Below are positions 28,765 to 40,100 of a stretch of DNA of 64,000 bases, in pieces (positions within the stretch are counted from its first letter, which is position 1; the number at the start of each line of letters is the position of its first letter). The DNA lies in the NCBI GenBank assembly GCA_004557825.1, contig SFFL01000004.1, positions 55,808-119,807 of the forward strand. Reading direction: 5' to 3'. Origin of the DNA: Bacteroidales bacterium. Its GTDB lineage: Bacteria > Bacteroidota > Bacteroidia > Bacteroidales > Muribaculaceae. The notes under the pieces are model-generated. The model saw only the letters and a program-made list of their open reading frames with translations, was not told the DNA's origin and searched no databases. A program made the position numbers and the translations under genes.

Positions 28765-29517
28765 TTAGAGCTGGCCTTGCTCGACGAGGACGCAGATGCG
28801 CTCGATGATGGCGTCTTTTTCGTCTTTTGCGGGCTGGTATTTGCCTTTGAGGTTCACGCCGAAGAGGCGGCCGAAGCCTTGCCAGAATGTGGCTCGGAAG
28901 GAGCCTAAGAAGGCTTTGAGAATGTCGTAGCCGCTTTGGTTGGTCTGTCGCTGGATGAGTTTTACCAGTGTGCGGGCCTGGTTTTTGGTGAAACGTTTGA
29001 GCACGGGTTTATACTGGTTGAAGATGGCGGATTCCATCTCTTTGAGGTATTTTTCGCGCTCTTTCTGCGACTCGAAGGTTTCGATGTACTCGTATGTTTC
29101 GAGGAGGGTGGCGCAGATGAGCTTGGCGTAGGGGAGTGTTTTTTTTACGTCGCGTACGGTGCGCCAGTAGAATTCTTCCTGTTTTTTGTTTTTGAATTTG
29201 AGGGGCGGGAAAACGGTGATTTCGTTGAATACGAGCACGAGGACGGTGTCGCCTTCGGCGGTGATTTCGTGGTATTTGCCGCGGAAGACTTTCTGCATGC
29301 CGCTGCCGGGGTTTTCGAGGGTCGGGCCGGAGGGGATGACGGGGGCTTCTGAATCGGCCGTGCACGGCCGATCACCGGACAAGGCCTGCTGGGGCTGCGC
29401 GGAGGCGGGGGTGCGATTTGTCTGCGCGGAGGCAGGGGTGTGGGTGCGATGGGTCTGCGCCGAGGCGGGGAGCGTCGGCAGGAGAAGCAGGAGAGATATA
29501 AGGAGGAGACGGATCAC
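28765..29517 (-). CDS. DUF4294-like exported protein with a repeat insertion
   Basis: Signal peptide, plus VKKTLPYAK, LVKLIQRQT and FWQGFGRLFG. Confidence 0.78.
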   Translation of the reverse strand: MIRLLLISLLLLLPTLPASAQTHRTHTPASAQTNRTPASAQPQQALSGDRPCTADSEAPVIPSGPTLENPGSGMQKVFRGKYHEITAEGDTVLVLVFNEITVFPPLKFKNKKQEEFYWRTVRDVKKTLPYAKLICATLLETYEYIETFESQKEREKYLKEMESAIFNQYKPVLKRFTKNQARTLVKLIQRQTNQSGYDILKAFLGSFRATFWQGFGRLFGVNLKGKYQPAKDEKDAIIERICVLVEQGQL

Positions 29518-29553
29518 GCTTTGTGGGGAAAAGGGGGAGAGAGGAGGATGGGG

Positions 29554-31131
29554 TTATTCTTTGTGGGGAACGGGGGGATAGTCGAGGGTGTAGTGGAGGC
29601 CGCGGGATTCTTTGCGTTCTTTGGCCTGACGCATAATCAGATAGCCAACGTTGATGATGTTGCGCAGCTCGCAGAGTTCGCGGGAAATTTTTGAGCATTT
29701 GAAGAGGCGCTCGGTCTCTTCGTATAGGATGTCGAGGCGGTTCCAGGCGCGGTCGAGACGGAGATTGGATCGGACGATGCCTACGTAGGCTCCCATAATC
29801 TGGTTTACTTCGCGGATGCTCTGAGTGATGAGGACCATTTCCTCGTTGTGGCGGGTGCCTTCGTCGTTCCACTCGGGGATGTCGGTGCGGAATGAGTAGT
29901 TGTCGATGACGCTCAGCGAGTGGCGGGCGGCGGCGTCGGCGTAAACCACCGCTTCGATGAGGGAGTTGGATGCCAGACGGTTGCCGCCGTGGAGGCCTGT
30001 GCAGGAGCATTCGCCCACAGCGTAGAGATGGCCGATGGATGACTCGCCGTTGAGGTCGACTTTAATGCCGCCGCAGAGGTAGTGGGCGGCGGGCGCTACA
30101 GGAATGTAGTCTTTGGTGATGTCGATGCCCAGCGAGAGGCATTTGCGGTAGATGTTGGGGAAGTGGTGGCGGGTTTCCTCGGGGTCTTTGTGAGTGACGT
30201 CGAGGTAGACGTGGTCGTCGCCGGTGAGCTTCATCTCGGAGTCGATGGCGCGGGCCACAATATCGCGGGGCGCCAGCTCGAGGCGCTCGTCGTAGCGCTC
30301 CATAAAGCGCTCCCCCTTGCAGTTGCGCAGGTAAGCACCGTAGCCGCGCATAGCTTCGGTGATGAGGAAAGAGGGGCGGTCGCCGGGGTGGAAGAGGGCG
30401 GTGGGGTGGAATTGGATGAATTCCATATCTTTCACGGTGCCTTTTGCGCGGTAAACCATGGCGATGCCGTCGCCGGTGGCCACAAGGGGGTTGGTGGTGG
30501 TCTGGTAAACGGCGCCGGTGCCGCCGGTAGCCATCAGGGTGACTTTGGCCAGGAAAGTGTCGACGGTGCCTTCGGGGTTGAGGACGTAGGCGCCGTAGCA
30601 GGTGATGTCGGGGGTGCGGCGCGACACGAATTTGCCCAGGTGGTGCTGGGTGATGATTTCCACGGCGAAGTGGTGCTCGTAGAGGTCGATGTATTTGTTG
30701 GCTTTTACGGCCTCGATGAGGCTTTCCTGAATTTCGAAGCCGGTGTTGTCGGCGTGGTGGAGGATGCGGAATTCGCTGTGCCCCCCCTCGCGGTGGAGGT
30801 CGAAGGAGCCATCCTCTTTCTTGTCGAAGTTCACGCCCCAGCTGATCAGCTCCTGGATTTGCGCGGGAGCGTTTTTCACTACCTTCTCCACGGCTGCGGG
30901 GTCGGAGAGCCAGTCGCCGGCCACCATCGTGTCGTGGATATGCTTGTCGAAATCGTCGACTTCAAGGTTTGTCACGGAGGCCACACCGCCCTGGGCGAGG
31001 GCTGTATTGGCTTCATCAATAGAGGATTTGCACACGAGAGCCACGCGGTGCTTCTCGGAAGCCACCTTCAGGGCGAAGCTCATGCCGGCAATGCCGCTGC
31101 CTATAACGAGATAATCGTATTCCTTTGTCAT
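29554..31131 (-). CDS. nadB: L-aspartate oxidase
   Basis: Motifs GSGIAG, AQGG, EGGHS, QFHPT, GNRLASNSL and ESRGLH. Confidence 0.96.
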   Translation of the reverse strand: MTKEYDYLVIGSGIAGMSFALKVASEKHRVALVCKSSIDEANTALAQGGVASVTNLEVDDFDKHIHDTMVAGDWLSDPAAVEKVVKNAPAQIQELISWGVNFDKKEDGSFDLHREGGHSEFRILHHADNTGFEIQESLIEAVKANKYIDLYEHHFAVEIITQHHLGKFVSRRTPDITCYGAYVLNPEGTVDTFLAKVTLMATGGTGAVYQTTTNPLVATGDGIAMVYRAKGTVKDMEFIQFHPTALFHPGDRPSFLITEAMRGYGAYLRNCKGERFMERYDERLELAPRDIVARAIDSEMKLTGDDHVYLDVTHKDPEETRHHFPNIYRKCLSLGIDITKDYIPVAPAAHYLCGGIKVDLNGESSIGHLYAVGECSCTGLHGGNRLASNSLIEAVVYADAAARHSLSVIDNYSFRTDIPEWNDEGTRHNEEMVLITQSIREVNQIMGAYVGIVRSNLRLDRAWNRLDILYEETERLFKCSKISRELCELRNIINVGYLIMRQAKERKESRGLHYTLDYPPVPHKE

Positions 31132-31167
31132 TTGTGCGGATAACTTTGATCGCACCGCAAAATTACG

Positions 31168-32457
31168 TTATTTCCCCGTAATATCCAACTTTTTCCGCAT
31201 ACTGCTCCGGGGCAATGTGGATGCGACGGCCGAAATTATGGTGGCTGTGAGGAGGATGGCGGCGAGAATGATGAGGATATCGGTGGCCTGGAGCTGCACG
31301 GGGTAGTAGTCGATGGCCATAACGGCGGGATTGGAGGCCTGGATTTTCACCCATCCGAAGGTTTGCTGACCCAGGGTGATGAGCGAACCGATCAGGAGAC
31401 CCACGATGCCGCCCAGCAGGGTGATGAGCCAACCCTGGTTGGCGAAGATGGCGCGGATGAGGCGATTGGGGGCGCCGATGGCGCTGAATACGGCCATATT
31501 GGCCTGCTTCTCCACCACCATCAGCGAGAGGGTGGAGATGATGTTGAAAGAGCTTATGGCGAGGATGAAGAGGAGCATAAGGAAGGTGATCCACTTCTCC
31601 AGGGCAATCATGCGGTGGGCGTCGGCTTCCTGCTCGATGCGGTCGGCCACGCGGTAGCCGGCGGGGAGACGGTCGGCCAGAGCGCTGCGGGTGGAGGCCA
31701 GGAGGGAGGGGGAGTCGGAGGTGAGGTAGATGGCGATGCCGGTGGCTTCGGTGGTGTAGTCGAGGAGGCGCCGGGCCACGGAGAGGGGCACCACGAGCAT
31801 GTCGCGGTCCTGCTCCTCTTGCTCCACCTGGTAGACGCCCTGCACGCGGAGCTGTGCGCCGCGGAAGGCCTTCATGGGATTGGCGGGATTTACGCGGCCG
31901 AGACGGCGCGGCTCAAAGAGGCCGATGGTATCGGCTGGGTGCGCATTGAGGGTGAGGGCAGCCCCCACGGAGAGGAAGGCTGCCTCAGAGGCGGCTGAGG
32001 CGGGGGCAGCTGTGGCTTCCTGCGCGGGGGCGGCTTCGGCGGGGCCGGAGGCGGGGGCGGAGGCGAGGAGGATGGAGGGGAGGCCGGAGGCGGCGATGGC
32101 GCGGGGAGGGAGGGCGCGGATGTTGACGGGCATCTGGCCGTGGGCGCTGATGGCGAAGGCCTGCTCGTCGATGAGGGGGGCGGCGAGGGCTACACCGGGG
32201 GTTGTGGCCAGGGCGTCGGCCAGCGAGTCGGCGTTGGCGATGGTGTGGGCGGCCACAGGGAGCACCAGCAGGGGCGGGTTGAAGCTGGAGGTTTTCTTCT
32301 CGACGAGCTGGGTGAAGCCATTGAAGACGCTGAGCACAATGATCATAGCCGCGGCGGCTACGGCCACGCCGGCAATGGCCACGGCCGAAATCACATTTAC
32401 GGCGCCGTGGCTTTTATGGCTGAGGAGGTAGCGGAGGGCGATTCTAAGCGAGAGCAT
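31168..32457 (-). CDS. ABC transporter permease, LolC/E (FtsX-like) family
   Basis: IALRYL, LSVFNGF and a C-terminal FtsX-type TM block. Confidence 0.85.
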   Translation of the reverse strand: MLSLRIALRYLLSHKSHGAVNVISAVAIAGVAVAAAAMIIVLSVFNGFTQLVEKKTSSFNPPLLVLPVAAHTIANADSLADALATTPGVALAAPLIDEQAFAISAHGQMPVNIRALPPRAIAASGLPSILLASAPASGPAEAAPAQEATAAPASAASEAAFLSVGAALTLNAHPADTIGLFEPRRLGRVNPANPMKAFRGAQLRVQGVYQVEQEEQDRDMLVVPLSVARRLLDYTTEATGIAIYLTSDSPSLLASTRSALADRLPAGYRVADRIEQEADAHRMIALEKWITFLMLLFILAISSFNIISTLSLMVVEKQANMAVFSAIGAPNRLIRAIFANQGWLITLLGGIVGLLIGSLITLGQQTFGWVKIQASNPAVMAIDYYPVQLQATDILIILAAILLTATIISAVASTLPRSSMRKKLDITGK

Positions 32458-33004
32458 TGCGGAGATATATTGCGGCCTCGGGGCCGAGGCAGAAAATCAG
32501 GTCGAGGATGCTGAGGCCGGGGATGAATCCGAGCCGGTCGGCGCGCGGCTGCCAGTAGGGGGGCAGGGTAGTTTTTAGTGCTGAGTTGGCAGATGGCAGT
32601 GTGGTGGGGAGGAGGATGGGGCGGAGGAGGGAGTCGGCGGCGGCGATGTAGTGGAGGATGGAGGGGTAGCGGTCGGGGGTGTCGGCTGAGAAGAGGGGAG
32701 CGAACCGGTCGATGTAGAATTCAAAGAAGGGGGTGCGGCCATAGGCCGATTCCAGGGCGGTGCGGTGGATGTGCCACCACTGGCCGTGGTCGCTCAGAGC
32801 TACGTCGGCCCAGGTGGCGTGTGGCAGGCCGTGGGGCTTGACGATGGGCACGGTGAGTGTGAGGGGGCCGTTCACGTCGGCGATGGTATAGCGGTGCACT
32901 TCTTTGCGGCGCTTGTCGAAGAGGGGCGCAGTGGCCAGGGGCAGGCCGGCGGCGCGGCGCACCCAGTAGTCAATCGGGCCGAAGAGCTGCGGCAGCTCAC
33001 ACAT
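32444..33004 (-). CDS. WbqC-like protein
   Basis: Motifs LTVP, SAYGRTPFFEFY and LSILDLIF. Confidence 0.85.
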   Translation of the reverse strand: MCELPQLFGPIDYWVRRAAGLPLATAPLFDKRRKEVHRYTIADVNGPLTLTVPIVKPHGLPHATWADVALSDHGQWWHIHRTALESAYGRTPFFEFYIDRFAPLFSADTPDRYPSILHYIAAADSLLRPILLPTTLPSANSALKTTLPPYWQPRADRLGFIPGLSILDLIFCLGPEAAIYLRNALA

Positions 33005-33043
33005 ATATAGTTAGTAGTTAGTAGATAGTAGATTTTAGATTGA

Positions 33044-34612
33044 TTAGGGCTTGTCGGGGTTGGCGGAGATGAAGAGGCGGTTCCAGCGGATTTTGCCGGA
33101 GAAGAGACCGCGGTCTTGGTCGAAGGAGATGATGACGCGCAGGGGGGTGCCCACGATGTGGTCTTCGGGCACGAAGCCCCAGTAGCGGGAGTCGAGGGAG
33201 TTGTCGCGGTTGTCGCCCATCATAAAGTAGTAGTCCATCTTGAAGGTGTAGACGGGCACAGGCTGGCCGTCGATGTAGAGTGTGCCGTCGCGGAAGGTGG
33301 CGGAGGGGTTGTCCTCGTAGACGCGAATAACGCGCTCGTAGATGTCCCAGGCGGCCTGGTTCATCTTCATTTTCATGCCTTTGCGGGGGATGAGGAGACC
33401 GTCGGGGCCGCCGTATTCGGCGCGGGTCCAGTCGGCGGAAATCTTTTCGGGGTAGAGGGCGTAGATTGTTTCGGGCACGGGAATCTGCCGCTCGATTTTG
33501 CCGATGCGGGGATTCTTCTCGGCATCTTTCACCATCTGTGCGGTCATCGGAGAGATGTAGATGGGGGGCACGGTGCCGTCGGGGAGTACCTCATAGCCCA
33601 GGTCGGCGAGCTGTTCGGGTGAAACCTGATCGAGCTCGGCCATACCCCGGTCGGCGCGGGGGATGCCCATAGCCTCAAATTCATCCTCGGTGAGGGGAGC
33701 GCCCTTCACCTGGTAGAAGTAATTGTACTGCACATTCTCCGGCACAATCTCGAAGGGTTTGCCGTCGATGTAAATCACGCCCTGACGGATGCTGATGCGC
33801 TGACCGGGGAGCCCCACTACGCGCTTGACATAGTTCTCGCGGCGGTCGACGGGACGGTAGATTTTCTTGCCGAATTCCTGCGATTCGCCGTTGAGCAGCG
33901 CGGCGCCCTTCCATCGGCGCAGGGTGTAGTAGTCGGGATTGGAAACCTTCGACATCACTGTGTCGCCGGCGGGAAAGTTGAATACCACGATGTCGCCGGC
34001 GGCCACGGAGCGGCGCCCCTTGAGGCGCTTGTATTTCACCGAGGGGGAGTCGAGATAGCTTTTGCCCAGACCGAAGGGGAATTCATTGTGCACCAGGGGG
34101 AAGTAGACCGGGGTCATAGGCACGCGCGGACCGTAGGCCGTCTTGTCGACGAAGAGATAGTCGCCGGTGAGGAGGGTTTTCTCCAGCGAAGAGGAGGGAA
34201 TCTGATAGTTCTGCCCCACGAAGGCAAACACGAAGTAGACCAGCACCAGGGCGTAGACGATGGCGTCGACCCACGACATAACCGAGCGCACGGCTTTGTT
34301 CTGCGTTTTCTTCCACCAGGAGAAGGGGATGTAGCCGGTGATGTAGATGTCGAACAGGAGCAGGGCGCCCAGGAGGAGCCAGGGGTTGCCCATCCAGATC
34401 ACCCACAGAAGAAAGATGACCATCACGGCCGAGAAGCGAATCCAGCGGGTGACGCGGTTTTCGCGGACTCTGCGGCGGAAGCCTTCTGCGAAAGATCCTT
34501 TTGCCTCGGCGGAGGCTTTGGGCTGGGTTGCCTCAGAGGCGGCTTTCTGCTGCTGGGCCTCCGTGGAGGGAGTGCTCGACTGATTTTTGTCGGAAGGTAT
34601 GTTGTCTTGCAT
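33044..34612 (-). CDS. lepB: Signal peptidase I
   Basis: [14 protein letters not shown] and [14 protein letters not shown]. Confidence 0.95.
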   Translation of the reverse strand: MQDNIPSDKNQSSTPSTEAQQQKAASEATQPKASAEAKGSFAEGFRRRVRENRVTRWIRFSAVMVIFLLWVIWMGNPWLLLGALLLFDIYITGYIPFSWWKKTQNKAVRSVMSWVDAIVYALVLVYFVFAFVGQNYQIPSSSLEKTLLTGDYLFVDKTAYGPRVPMTPVYFPLVHNEFPFGLGKSYLDSPSVKYKRLKGRRSVAAGDIVVFNFPAGDTVMSKVSNPDYYTLRRWKGAALLNGESQEFGKKIYRPVDRRENYVKRVVGLPGQRISIRQGVIYIDGKPFEIVPENVQYNYFYQVKGAPLTEDEFEAMGIPRADRGMAELDQVSPEQLADLGYEVLPDGTVPPIYISPMTAQMVKDAEKNPRIGKIERQIPVPETIYALYPEKISADWTRAEYGGPDGLLIPRKGMKMKMNQAAWDIYERVIRVYEDNPSATFRDGTLYIDGQPVPVYTFKMDYYFMMGDNRDNSLDSRYWGFVPEDHIVGTPLRVIISFDQDRGLFSGKIRWNRLFISANPDKP

Positions 34613-34635
34613 AATAATGATTGGTCAGGTGGAGG

Positions 34636-36300
34636 TTATTTGCCGGAGAGAATCGAACGGTAGCGTGCGGGGTTGTGGAGCACGATGGCGGCCGAGTCTA
34701 CGTCGGCGTCGTGCTTGAGCGACTGTATGATGCGGCCTCTCTCGCCCTGGTAGCGGCTGAGAATCTCAGGACCGAGGTACACCGAGATGAGCTGACGGTT
34801 GAGGTTGAGGTCGTGGTTGAGGTCGTGATGGAGTGTGGCGCGGAGGGCGTCGATCTGAGCCTGTACGGAGTCGTTGAGGTAACCTTCGGTCTTGGCGGAT
34901 TTCTCCAGCTGGTCGAGCACCAGTTCGCAGGCACGGTCGTATTTGAATTTCTCCGGGTCGATGAAGCCCTTGAATTCGTTGAAAATCGTGTCGGAGATTT
35001 CAAAGGTGTGGGGGTCGGGGCTTTCGGGATGGAAAGCGGCGTAGCGGTTGGCGAAGTTGAAGCTCCAGTTGTCGCTGACGATGTTGTAGACCATACGGTT
35101 CACCTCGGGCTGCACGGTGGTGATGTCGGGGGTGATGCCGCCGCCGTCGCGCACCTCGCGGCCTGCGCGGGTGTGCCATACGTTGGTGAGCGAGTCGGGG
35201 ATACGGGCCACGGAGCCGTCGGGGTTGCGGTGGCTGTAGTCGATGGCCTGAATCAGACGGCCCGAGGGAATGTAATATTTGGCGATGGTGACCTTGATGA
35301 GGCCGTCGTAGGGGATCTGACGGGTCGACTGCACGAGGCCTTTGCCGAAGGAGCGCTCGCCCACAATGACGGCGCGGTCGAGGTCCTGCAGGGCGCCGGT
35401 GACGATTTCGGCGGCGGAGGCGGAGTTGCCGTTGACGAGGATGGCCAGGGGAATATCGGGAGCGAGCGGTTTGGAGGTGGTTTTATACACCTTTTCGTTG
35501 GCCTGGCCGCGGCCGCGTGTGCGGAGCACTTCGGTGCCCTTGGGCACGAAGAGACCCACGATGCCCACGGCGCTCTCCAGGAGGCCGCCGCCATTGTTGC
35601 GCAGGTCGAGGACGATGCCCTTGAGCGACTTGTCGGCCAGGAGGGCTTTGAGCGCCTCGCGGGTCTTTTCGAGAGATTTGTCGTTGAAGGTGGAGAGGGT
35701 GATAATGCCTATGTCGCCGCGCACCACACCGTAGTATGGCACGGGGTTGATGTTGATTTTCTCGCGCGGCACTACAAAGGAGAGCACCGTGTCGGTGTGC
35801 GCCTGCGAGCCATATTTGCGCCGGACGGTGACGGCCACCGATGTGCCGGCCTGGCCGCGGAGGCGCTTGGAGATTTCCGCCGAGGTGAGGGAGCCTACGG
35901 AGTCGCCGTCGATGGTGATGAAGACGTCGCCGGGGCGGAGACCTACACGCTTGGCGGGGGAGTCATCGCGGGGCTCAGAGATGAAGGTTTCGCCATCGCG
36001 GGTGCCGATGAAAGAGCCGATGCCGCCGTATTCGCCGGTGGAGATGGTGAGGAAATCTTCCTGCTCGTTTTCGGGGATATATTCGGTGTATGGGTCGATT
36101 TCATCGAGCATAGCGGCGATGGCGGTCTGCATCGACTTGTCGGCATCGATAGTGTCGACATAGGAGGTTTGCAGCGCGCGGTACACGGCGTTGAAGATTT
36201 CGAGGTTTTTTGAAATATCGGCCTTGGTGCTCCGTGTTGCGGCCACGGCAGCGGCGCTCAGGAGCAGCACAATGAGCAAAAAGGCAGGAAGCTTCTTCAT
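34636..36300 (-). CDS. S41-family C-terminal processing protease
   Basis: DPYT, a PDZ domain, DLRNNGGG, SASAAEI and SFGKG. Confidence 0.93.
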   Translation of the reverse strand: MKKLPAFLLIVLLLSAAAVAATRSTKADISKNLEIFNAVYRALQTSYVDTIDADKSMQTAIAAMLDEIDPYTEYIPENEQEDFLTISTGEYGGIGSFIGTRDGETFISEPRDDSPAKRVGLRPGDVFITIDGDSVGSLTSAEISKRLRGQAGTSVAVTVRRKYGSQAHTDTVLSFVVPREKININPVPYYGVVRGDIGIITLSTFNDKSLEKTREALKALLADKSLKGIVLDLRNNGGGLLESAVGIVGLFVPKGTEVLRTRGRGQANEKVYKTTSKPLAPDIPLAILVNGNSASAAEIVTGALQDLDRAVIVGERSFGKGLVQSTRQIPYDGLIKVTIAKYYIPSGRLIQAIDYSHRNPDGSVARIPDSLTNVWHTRAGREVRDGGGITPDITTVQPEVNRMVYNIVSDNWSFNFANRYAAFHPESPDPHTFEISDTIFNEFKGFIDPEKFKYDRACELVLDQLEKSAKTEGYLNDSVQAQIDALRATLHHDLNHDLNLNRQLISVYLGPEILSRYQGERGRIIQSLKHDADVDSAAIVLHNPARYRSILSGK

Positions 36301-36311
36301 AAATGACAGGG

Positions 36312-36456
36312 CTTAGATGATAGTGCTAAGTGCTTAGATGGCAGATGGCAGTTCTAAGTGCTTAGAGCTTAGATAGTAGATGGCGGGCGCGGCAGGCGGT
36401 AGGGGCGCGATATATCCCGGCCGCGCCAGTCGGGGGCCAGTCGGGGGCCAGTCGGG
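36312..36456. repeat. Composite intergenic repeat
   Basis: TTAGAT/AGTGCT heptamers, REP variant 36399-36425, and an 11-bp GCCAGTCGGGG unit about 3 times. Confidence 0.8.
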
Positions 36457-37083
36457 TTATTCGCAGCAGTGGCCTTCGCCACAGCAATGGCCGCCTTTTC
36501 CTTCGCCTTCGGAGGAGCAGCAATGGCCTTCGCCTTCACCGCTGTGGCAGCCGCAGGAGCCTTCGGAGCCATCATGGCAGCCGCCGCAATGGCAGGAGTG
36601 GGCGGGGTGGAGCTCTTCGGGTGTGGCGTCGCGGACCAGGAGGATGGTGCCGTCGAAGCGGACGGGTTTGCCGGCCAGGGGGTGGTTGAAGTCGAGGCGC
36701 ACTGAGTCGGCGGTGACTTCTTTTACGAGGCCGTTGATGCGGAAGCCGTCGGCGGTCATCATAGGCACGTAATTGCCGGGGGCAATCATTTCGGCGTCGA
36801 ATTTGCCGTCGACGAGGAAGATATCTTTTTCGAGGGTTACGATTTGCTCGGGGTCGTAGGGGCCGAAGGCTTCGTCGGCGGAGGCGGTGACGTTGAATTT
36901 GCCGCCTTCTTCGAGGCCGTCGATGGCTTTTTCAAGAGGCTCGATCATACCGCGGGTGACGCCAAAGACGATTTTCTCGGGGTCGGATTTATCGGTTTGG
37001 TGCACGAGGGTTTCGGTGCCGTCTTGGTTGATGCGGTAGAGGTCGTAGCCGAGCTCTACATATTTTCCGGGGGTAATTTTCAT
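36457..37083 (-). CDS. slyD: FKBP-type peptidyl-prolyl isomerase with His/Cys-rich tail
   Basis: DFNHPLAG and a metal-binding C-terminal tail. Confidence 0.9.
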   Translation of the reverse strand: MKITPGKYVELGYDLYRINQDGTETLVHQTDKSDPEKIVFGVTRGMIEPLEKAIDGLEEGGKFNVTASADEAFGPYDPEQIVTLEKDIFLVDGKFDAEMIAPGNYVPMMTADGFRINGLVKEVTADSVRLDFNHPLAGKPVRFDGTILLVRDATPEELHPAHSCHCGGCHDGSEGSCGCHSGEGEGHCCSSEGEGKGGHCCGEGHCCE

Positions 37084-37154
37084 AGATTTCTATTTTATAT
37101 TTATAGGCAGGTGGAATGGTGAATCGAAGCTGAAGCTTTTCGCCAGCGCCAAAA

Positions 37155-40100
37155 TTATGAAGTGCTCTTTGAGGGAGAGCCGGGGGGCGGGGGAGCGGGG
37201 AGAGCGGTGATGGAGGCGAGGATGTGGACGGCGGTTTCGACGTTGGAGACGTTGGCGAAGGAGAAGGAGCGTTTGCCGGCTTTCTCGCGGATTTTCACCG
37301 ATTCGATGTGTGTCTGGAGGTAGGCGATCATTTTGCCGAAGGCCGGCGACTGGTAGTAGGCCTGGTTGGCGGCGTCGACAAAGTAGGTGTACATCATACC
37401 TTGCTTGAGGGCTACTTTCTCGATGCCGAGCTGGCGGGCCAGACGGCGCAGACGGGGCACACGGGTAAGCTCGGCAGCCTCGGGAGGTATCTTGCCGAAG
37501 CGGTCGACCAGACGCGAGCGGAATTCGCGGATGTCCATCTCGCGCTCCATCGAGTCGAGCTCGCGGTAGAGCGAGATGCGCTCGCTTTCCTGGGGCACAT
37601 ACCATGCGGGCAGGAGCAGCTCCAGGTCGGATTCGATTACGCAGTCGGCCACATATTCGTCGGCGGTGGGGTCATCGCCCTCGGCGGAGTGATTCTCCTC
37701 TTTAGTTAACACGCCGGCAAACTCTTCTGTTCGCAGTTCGGTGACAGCTTCTTTGAGAATTTTCTGGTATGTTTCGTATCCGAGGTCGGCGATGAAACCG
37801 CTCTGCTCGGCGCCGAGGAGGTTTCCGGCACCGCGGATGTCGAGGTCCTGCATGGCAATGTGTATGCCGGAACCGAGGTCGGAGAAACCTTCAATGGCCT
37901 GGAGGCGGCGGCGTGCAATAGGGGTGAGGGGCGCGCCGGGGGGCACCATCAGATAGCAGAACGCCTTGCGGTTGCTTCGGCCTACGCGTCCGCGCAGCTG
38001 GTGCAGCTCGGAGAGACCGAAGTTCTGGGCGTTGTTTACAATCATCGTGTTCACATTGGGCATATCCACGCCGCTTTCTACGATGGTGGTGGCAATCATC
38101 ACATCGTAGTCCTGGTTGGTGAAGTCGATGATGGCCTTTTCGAGCTGCTCGGGGGGCATCTGACCGTGGGCCACGATAGTGCGGGCGTCGGGCACCACGC
38201 GCTTTACCATCTCTTCCAGGCGGTAGAGGCCTTCGATGCGGTTGTTGATAATAAACACCTGCCCGTTGCGCGACATCTCGAAGTTGACCGCTTCGGCCAA
38301 CAGGTCGTCGGTGAGCGAGTTAACCGAGGTGAGGATGGGATAGCGGTTGGGCGGGGGCGTGGTGATGGAGGAGAGGTCGCGGGCGCCCATCAGCGAGAAC
38401 TGCAGGGTGCGCGGTATAGGGGTGGCCGACATTGTGAGGGTGTCGACCGAGGTTTTCATCTGTTTGAGCTTTTCCTTGACGGCGACGCCGAATTTCTGCT
38501 CCTCGTCGATGATGAGCAGGCCGAGGTCCTTGAAGTGCACATCCTTGCCGATGAGACGGTGGGTGCCCACGAGGATGTCGATTTTGCCGTCGGCGAGGTC
38601 GCGGAGAATCTCCTTCACCTGCTTGGTGGTGCGGGCGCGGGAGAGATAGTCGACCCTGACGGGGAAGTCCTTCAGGCGGTCGCGGAAGGTGTTGAAGTGC
38701 TGGTAAGCGAGCACGGTGGTGGGCACGAGCACGGCCACCTGCTTGCCGTCGGTGGCGGCCTTGAACGCGGCGCGGATGGCGATTTCGGTTTTGCCGAAAC
38801 CCACATCGCCGCAGATGAGGCGGTCCATAGGGCGGGGCGACTCCATATCGGCCTTCACATCGCGAGTGGCGGTGAGCTGGTCGGGGGTGTCTTCATATAT
38901 AAATGAGGCCTCCAGCTCGTGCTGCAGATAGCTGTCGGGGGAGAATGAGAAACCCTTCTCCTCCTTGCGGGCGGCGTAGAGACGGATCAGGTCGCGGGCG
39001 ATATCCTTGAGTTTGCTCTTCGTGCGCTCCTTCATTCTGTTCCAGGCACCGGAGCCGAGCTTGTTCACGGCAGGCTCCACACCCTCCTTGCCGCGGTATT
39101 TGGCGAGCTTGTGCAGGGCGTGAATCGACACGAAGATGCAGTCGTTGTTCTTGTAGATGAGCTTGATCATCTCCTGAGTGGTGCCGTTGACCTGAGTGCG
39201 GAGCAGGCCGCCGAATTTCCCCACGCCGTGGTCGACGTGCACGATGAAGTCGCCCGGCTCGATGGCCTGCAGCTCTTTGAGCGAAAGGGCGAGCTTGCCC
39301 GAACGGGCGCGGTCGCTCTTGAGGGAATATTTGTGGAAACGGTCGAAGATCTGGTGGTCGGTGAAGTAGCAGCGCTTCGCGGAGTGGTCGACGAAGCCCT
39401 CGTGGAGGGTTGCTGCGGCGGGAGTGAAACGGATGGAGTCGCCCCGTTCGGCGAAGATGTCGTGAAGGCGAAGAGCCTGCTTCTGCGAGTCGGTGAGGAT
39501 ATATATGGAGTAACCGTCGGCGAGGAATTTCAGGAAAGAATCGCTGATGAGGTCGAAGTTCTTGTGGTAGAGCCCCTGGGGGGTGCAGTCGAAGCTTACG
39601 GACTTGGCGCCCTCGGCGGGTGCCTGACCTGCCGACCAGCTCAGACGGGGGAATTTGGCCAGGGCGGCGGCGAAGCGCCCGGGGTCGACAACCTGGGTGA
39701 GGGCCGTGCGGTCGCCCTCCGAGGCGTGTTCGGCCGACGCGGAGAAGCTCTCGGATGCAATGGCCTCGATGCGCGCCTGCAGGTGAGTGAAGTCGCGGGC
39801 GAAAACCACGGTATCCTCCGGGATGAAGTCGAGAAGGCTCTGGGCTGCGTCGTCGCCGGAGTTTACATCGGCGGTAACGGCCACCGAATCAAGCTTTTGC
39901 TCGGAGAGCTGGGTCTCGATATTGAAAGTGCGGATTGAGTCGATTTCGTCGCCGAAGAGGTCGATGCGCACGGGCAGCTCGGTGGAGTAGCCGAAGATGT
40001 CGATTATAGAGCCGCGCACGGCGAAGTGCCCCGGCTCGTAGACATAGTCGACGGGGATGAAGCCCAGGTCGAGGAGCCGACGGCGGGTGGCGTCGAGGTC